Source: Lingula anatina
Lineage: Eukaryota; Animalia; Brachiopoda
Length of the DNA stretch: 64,000 bases
Assembly (NCBI GenBank): GCA_051362555.1
Contig: CM120645.1
Span: 8,060,001-8,124,000 of the forward strand
Direction of reading: 5' to 3'
Of the stretch, positions 60,737-64,000 are shown one piece after another. A program made the translations under genes and the position numbers. The notes under the pieces were generated by a model. It saw only the letters and a program-made list of their open reading frames with translations. It was not told where the DNA came from and did no database searches. The first letter of the stretch is position 1, and each line of letters begins with the position of its first letter.

Positions 60737-60900
60737 AAGCTGGTGGTACGCATCCAAGAGGCCGATGCGCCTCTCTGATCGTCTTGTTTCATTTACTTTT
60801 CCCTTCGAATATTTATCAGTCGAGGTTTGCCGATGCACCTCTCTGATCGTCTTGTGTCATTTACTTTTTCCTTCGAATATTTATCAGTCGAGGTTTGCCG
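60737..60900 (+). mobile_element. Isolated 3' end of a HINE relative with a local ~59-bp duplication
   Basis: AGCTGGTGGTAC...GAGGCCGATGCGCCTCTCTGATCGTCTTGTTT parallels the HINE 3' end AGCTGGTGGTAC...GAGGCGGTATCGCCTCTCTGATCCTCTAGTTT. The following ~59 bp is repeated. Confidence 0.6.
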
Positions 60901-61575
60901 TTTTTTTTTTTTTTTTTTGACATCGTTATGGCGGCCTATCGTGCAGCACCTGCAGTAGGTGGAGATTTGCTGAATAAAACATGGCGTCTCCACATTTTGA
61001 TATTAAGCGAAATAGATGATATTTTATTTAGAACGTCGTAAACTGAGTACTGTACACGAGACCTGCTTTGGATGCCAACTTTGAAGGTGTGGTTCTAGTG
61101 TGGTTATCCGCACGGCACAGTCGGCCTTCTTTGGGAAATTTAAGCATATGCAGATATCAACAATAATAACCGAGCTCACAACGGAGGATTTGTGTTCGAA
61201 ATAGTAACAAAGGTAAGTAAAGATTTTGAAACAACGGAGAATAATAAAAGCGTCTGCGCGTTCCTGTTTTATGTAACGATTTTCCAGGTCGAATTTTGGA
61301 AATGGTCATGGATGTCATCTGATGAAGTCTTTAATCGTTTCGTATACAGCGTGTTCACTAAAATATTACTGCCATAGAAACCCAGTGGTAGTTGTATCAC
61401 GAACTGTATACATTTCATTATCAAATATTGATCAACGACATGTTTTGTTCTAAGCTATGTTGATAGAGGACGCTTCTCGATTGTCCGACGGTTTATGAAC
61501 CAAAAGACTCCTGGTCAATTAAAAAAAAAATCAGTTTAATCGCAGTCCGAGCACAGTAACGGTCTCTGCTTCTTG

Positions 61576-63021
61576 TTGTTATGATATTACCTTCAGAGAA
61601 AGTTCTTAAACCCAATGGGCCATTGGTTATGGTCCCAATTTCAGACAAATGAATCACCCGCGTAAAGAATCTTCGGACCATTGGGTTATCTAGCAGACAA
61701 GAGCCATTTCTGAAAATTCCACAAACTGGGATTTTAAAATCTAGGCAATATAGATGTGCCGAGACGAGGGTTATAGTGTTAAAGTACATAAATAAATAAA
61801 TAAGTAGCCAATGTTGATAGTAATAATAATTGGATAATTGGATATAAATATAAACAGTAAAAAGAGAAAAATATAACAAAATGTAATTTTATTGAACTTT
61901 ACTCCATAAAGTACTCCTATCCCATTACCTATTAAGTTTATGTTTGGTGATTGCAATTCCTGGAACTTTTATACGTGTAGACCTACATGTGTTCTCCACT
62001 TCAGCTCTTATTTCTGTGATCTGAGGTGGATTTTATATAATATAATCTGGCAACGGTTGGTCTCCACATGTTTACGTAGGTCAACACCTGTATCCAACAC
62101 GAAGACATCAAAATTGTAATGACTGGTAATATCGTGTTACTCTGAATTAAAAATTCATCGAGCGTCATACTTTCGTGTCATACTTAACGCACTTCATAAC
62201 TATATTAGATGTGCGCTCTTAATGTATAAATCGATGTTATTGGAGGAGAACTTAAAATTTTTTCTGGTCTGTCAAATTTGTTCTCAAAACTTTACATGGA
62301 GACGTAATAAGGTGGCATAAGGCAGCTCACACTAACTCCAATGTGGTTGAGCTTGGCTTGGCACTCTATTGAAGAGCACATTCACCAGTGAAAAGGACAA
62401 ACATTCAAAAAGGTGTGGAGTAGGTATATTTTTAAAGAGTTCTACAAATATATTGTTCATTATACAATATACATACGCAGGTAATATTCATGGAATATAT
62501 GGATAGCAAATGATTATTTCATACTTCACGAGTATCGTACGACCTTATTGTATCGTGCCATATGTATGAATATTCATATATATATATATATATGTATATG
62601 TTACTACAGTCACAATATCGTGGCTTCAGGAGAGAGTCAAGTTATATATTAAAGGCTGTCTGGAACGTGGTAGCCTGGGTTTTGAAGAAGAGACGCGAGA
62701 CAGCGGCTTCATTTTCACTACTTTATAGAAGCTTGTTTAGGAAGTGCCACAGGTAATGTAATTTGGAAACGAAGAAGCTGACACGTATCTGATCTGGTGC
62801 TCAGGGCAGAACGAATGAAATCCTTCCGATTGTGTTGGAAGGCATGCAGGATTGAGCATATTCGACACACGAAATCTCCATTCATGCATATATGTTTGCT
62901 AATCTAAGCATCGCGCTTGACATTATCAAATAAAAGCACAAAACAAAAGCTGGAGTTTAGACAGCTGCTAATGGCCCATTGGGTTAAAGAACCGACTCTG
63001 AAGGTCATATTGCCATAACAA
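61576..63021. mobile_element. Old element bounded by ~50-bp inverted repeats
   Basis: 61576-61624 (TTGTTATG..ATATTACCTTCAGAG...GTTCTTAAACCCAATGGGCCATT) is the reverse complement of 62970-63021. Confidence 0.5.
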
Positions 63022-63287
63022 TGCTGTCTCCAGAACGTCGCAACGGATATCCGGCCACCGCCCCCTTAAACTGGGACCCGAAGATGCATATACGTTCCCT
63101 AAGAAGTAATTGGTTTAATTTCAATTAATAAGTTACATAAAAGCATATTCGGGCCTTAGTATTTAACCTCCTCTTCATCGAAATGTGCCGACCATTTTAT
63201 TCAACAAAGAGTTCTATAGAAATAATATAATACAAATATCCGTTTTCAGATATCAAAGCTTCCTGATCTACCAACCCACCAACACCA

Positions 63288-64000
63288 ATGGTATCTATGT
63301 TGCGATTCTACAAAGTACAGTTAAGGAACATCTTGCGATGCCAGAACACTTGTCTGCTGCTAGGGTGGTGTGTTGTTGTGATATTGGGGCTGGTAATAGG
63401 ACCATTTATAATTGGAAACAGCGAGACAAAACTCGAAGAAAGGACCCTTTTTGAAACTGGACGTGGAGTTGAACCGGCAGATCAGACAGACTTGTGCGCA
63501 AATGGAAAATGTTCGGGTGATATGTTGGACAATGAAACTGTGTTGAAAATGTTAAATGCTGCAAGGCAGCCATTAGAGACACGCTTGGGTTATCCAACTC
63601 AACCGATCCAAACAAATAACTTGCCTGCAGGACCGGTTAAAGCAATCCCAGCTGAACCGGTGAAGTTGCAGCTCCCAAAAGATAATTATGAGCATCTTAT
63701 TGAACCCATGAAGAGAGTATTTTGTTCAACTTTGTACCAAAACTCGGGAATTCGGACTAACGAAGCTGCAGTACCGGATCGTCCAAACGGCGAGAAACTT
63801 GTCCTAGTGTGGAACTTTAAATGTTGGCACAATATGAACGACCTAGACGTACCAGTGACATTCACACAGTGCCCCGTTAAAAACTGCATAGTGACGGAAG
63901 ACAAACGGCTGTCAGGTGCCAGTGACGCCATCATTTTCAATTCTGCCGCCATCATCCGTTTCCTTAGCAACAACAAAAAGTCTGCCCAATACCTTCAAAG
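63288..64000 (+). CDS. Alpha-1,3-fucosyltransferase (GT10), 3'-partial
   Basis: Frame is open from ATG 63288 to the window end and is absent from the ORF track because there is no stop. Short cytoplasmic tail, TM segment CLLLGWCVVVILGLVIGPFII, Pro-rich stem, then the GT10 N-domain KLVLVWNF...FTQCPVKNCIVTEDKRLSGASDAIIFN. Upstream acceptor at 63249. Confidence 0.8.
   Translation, partial: MVSMLRFYKVQLRNILRCQNTCLLLGWCVVVILGLVIGPFIIGNSETKLEERTLFETGRGVEPADQTDLCANGKCSGDMLDNETVLKMLNAARQPLETRLGYPTQPIQTNNLPAGPVKAIPAEPVKLQLPKDNYEHLIEPMKRVFCSTLYQNSGIRTNEAAVPDRPNGEKLVLVWNFKCWHNMNDLDVPVTFTQCPVKNCIVTEDKRLSGASDAIIFNSAAIIRFLSNNKKSAQYLQ

Overview
AT-rich, intron-rich animal (bilaterian invertebrate-like) genomic DNA. 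I reconstructed spliced genes by hand, checking GT-AG sites and reading-frame phases. They are: the 3' part of a TR2/TR4 (NR2C) orphan nuclear receptor (+, 700-8350); a two-exon 72-aa secreted 8-Cys peptide gene that the ORF track misses (-, 14017-14394); an ABHD6-like lipase (+, 18899-26512); an archaemetzincin (-, 27854-31046); a bifunctional PFKFB gene with apparent alternative last exons (+, 34584-58242); and the 5' part of an alpha-1,3-fucosyltransferase (+, from 63288). Introns carry layered non-autonomous transposons. Two Helentron-type (HINE) copies contain 146-bp tandem arrays rich in nuclear-receptor DR1 motifs: one hosts an IS3EU-like MITE, and the other sits inside a long-TIR element with a decayed THAP domain. 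Several other MITEs and minisatellites are present, including an ERE-like palindrome array inside the nuclear receptor gene. All family assignments come from recalled motifs, not database searches.
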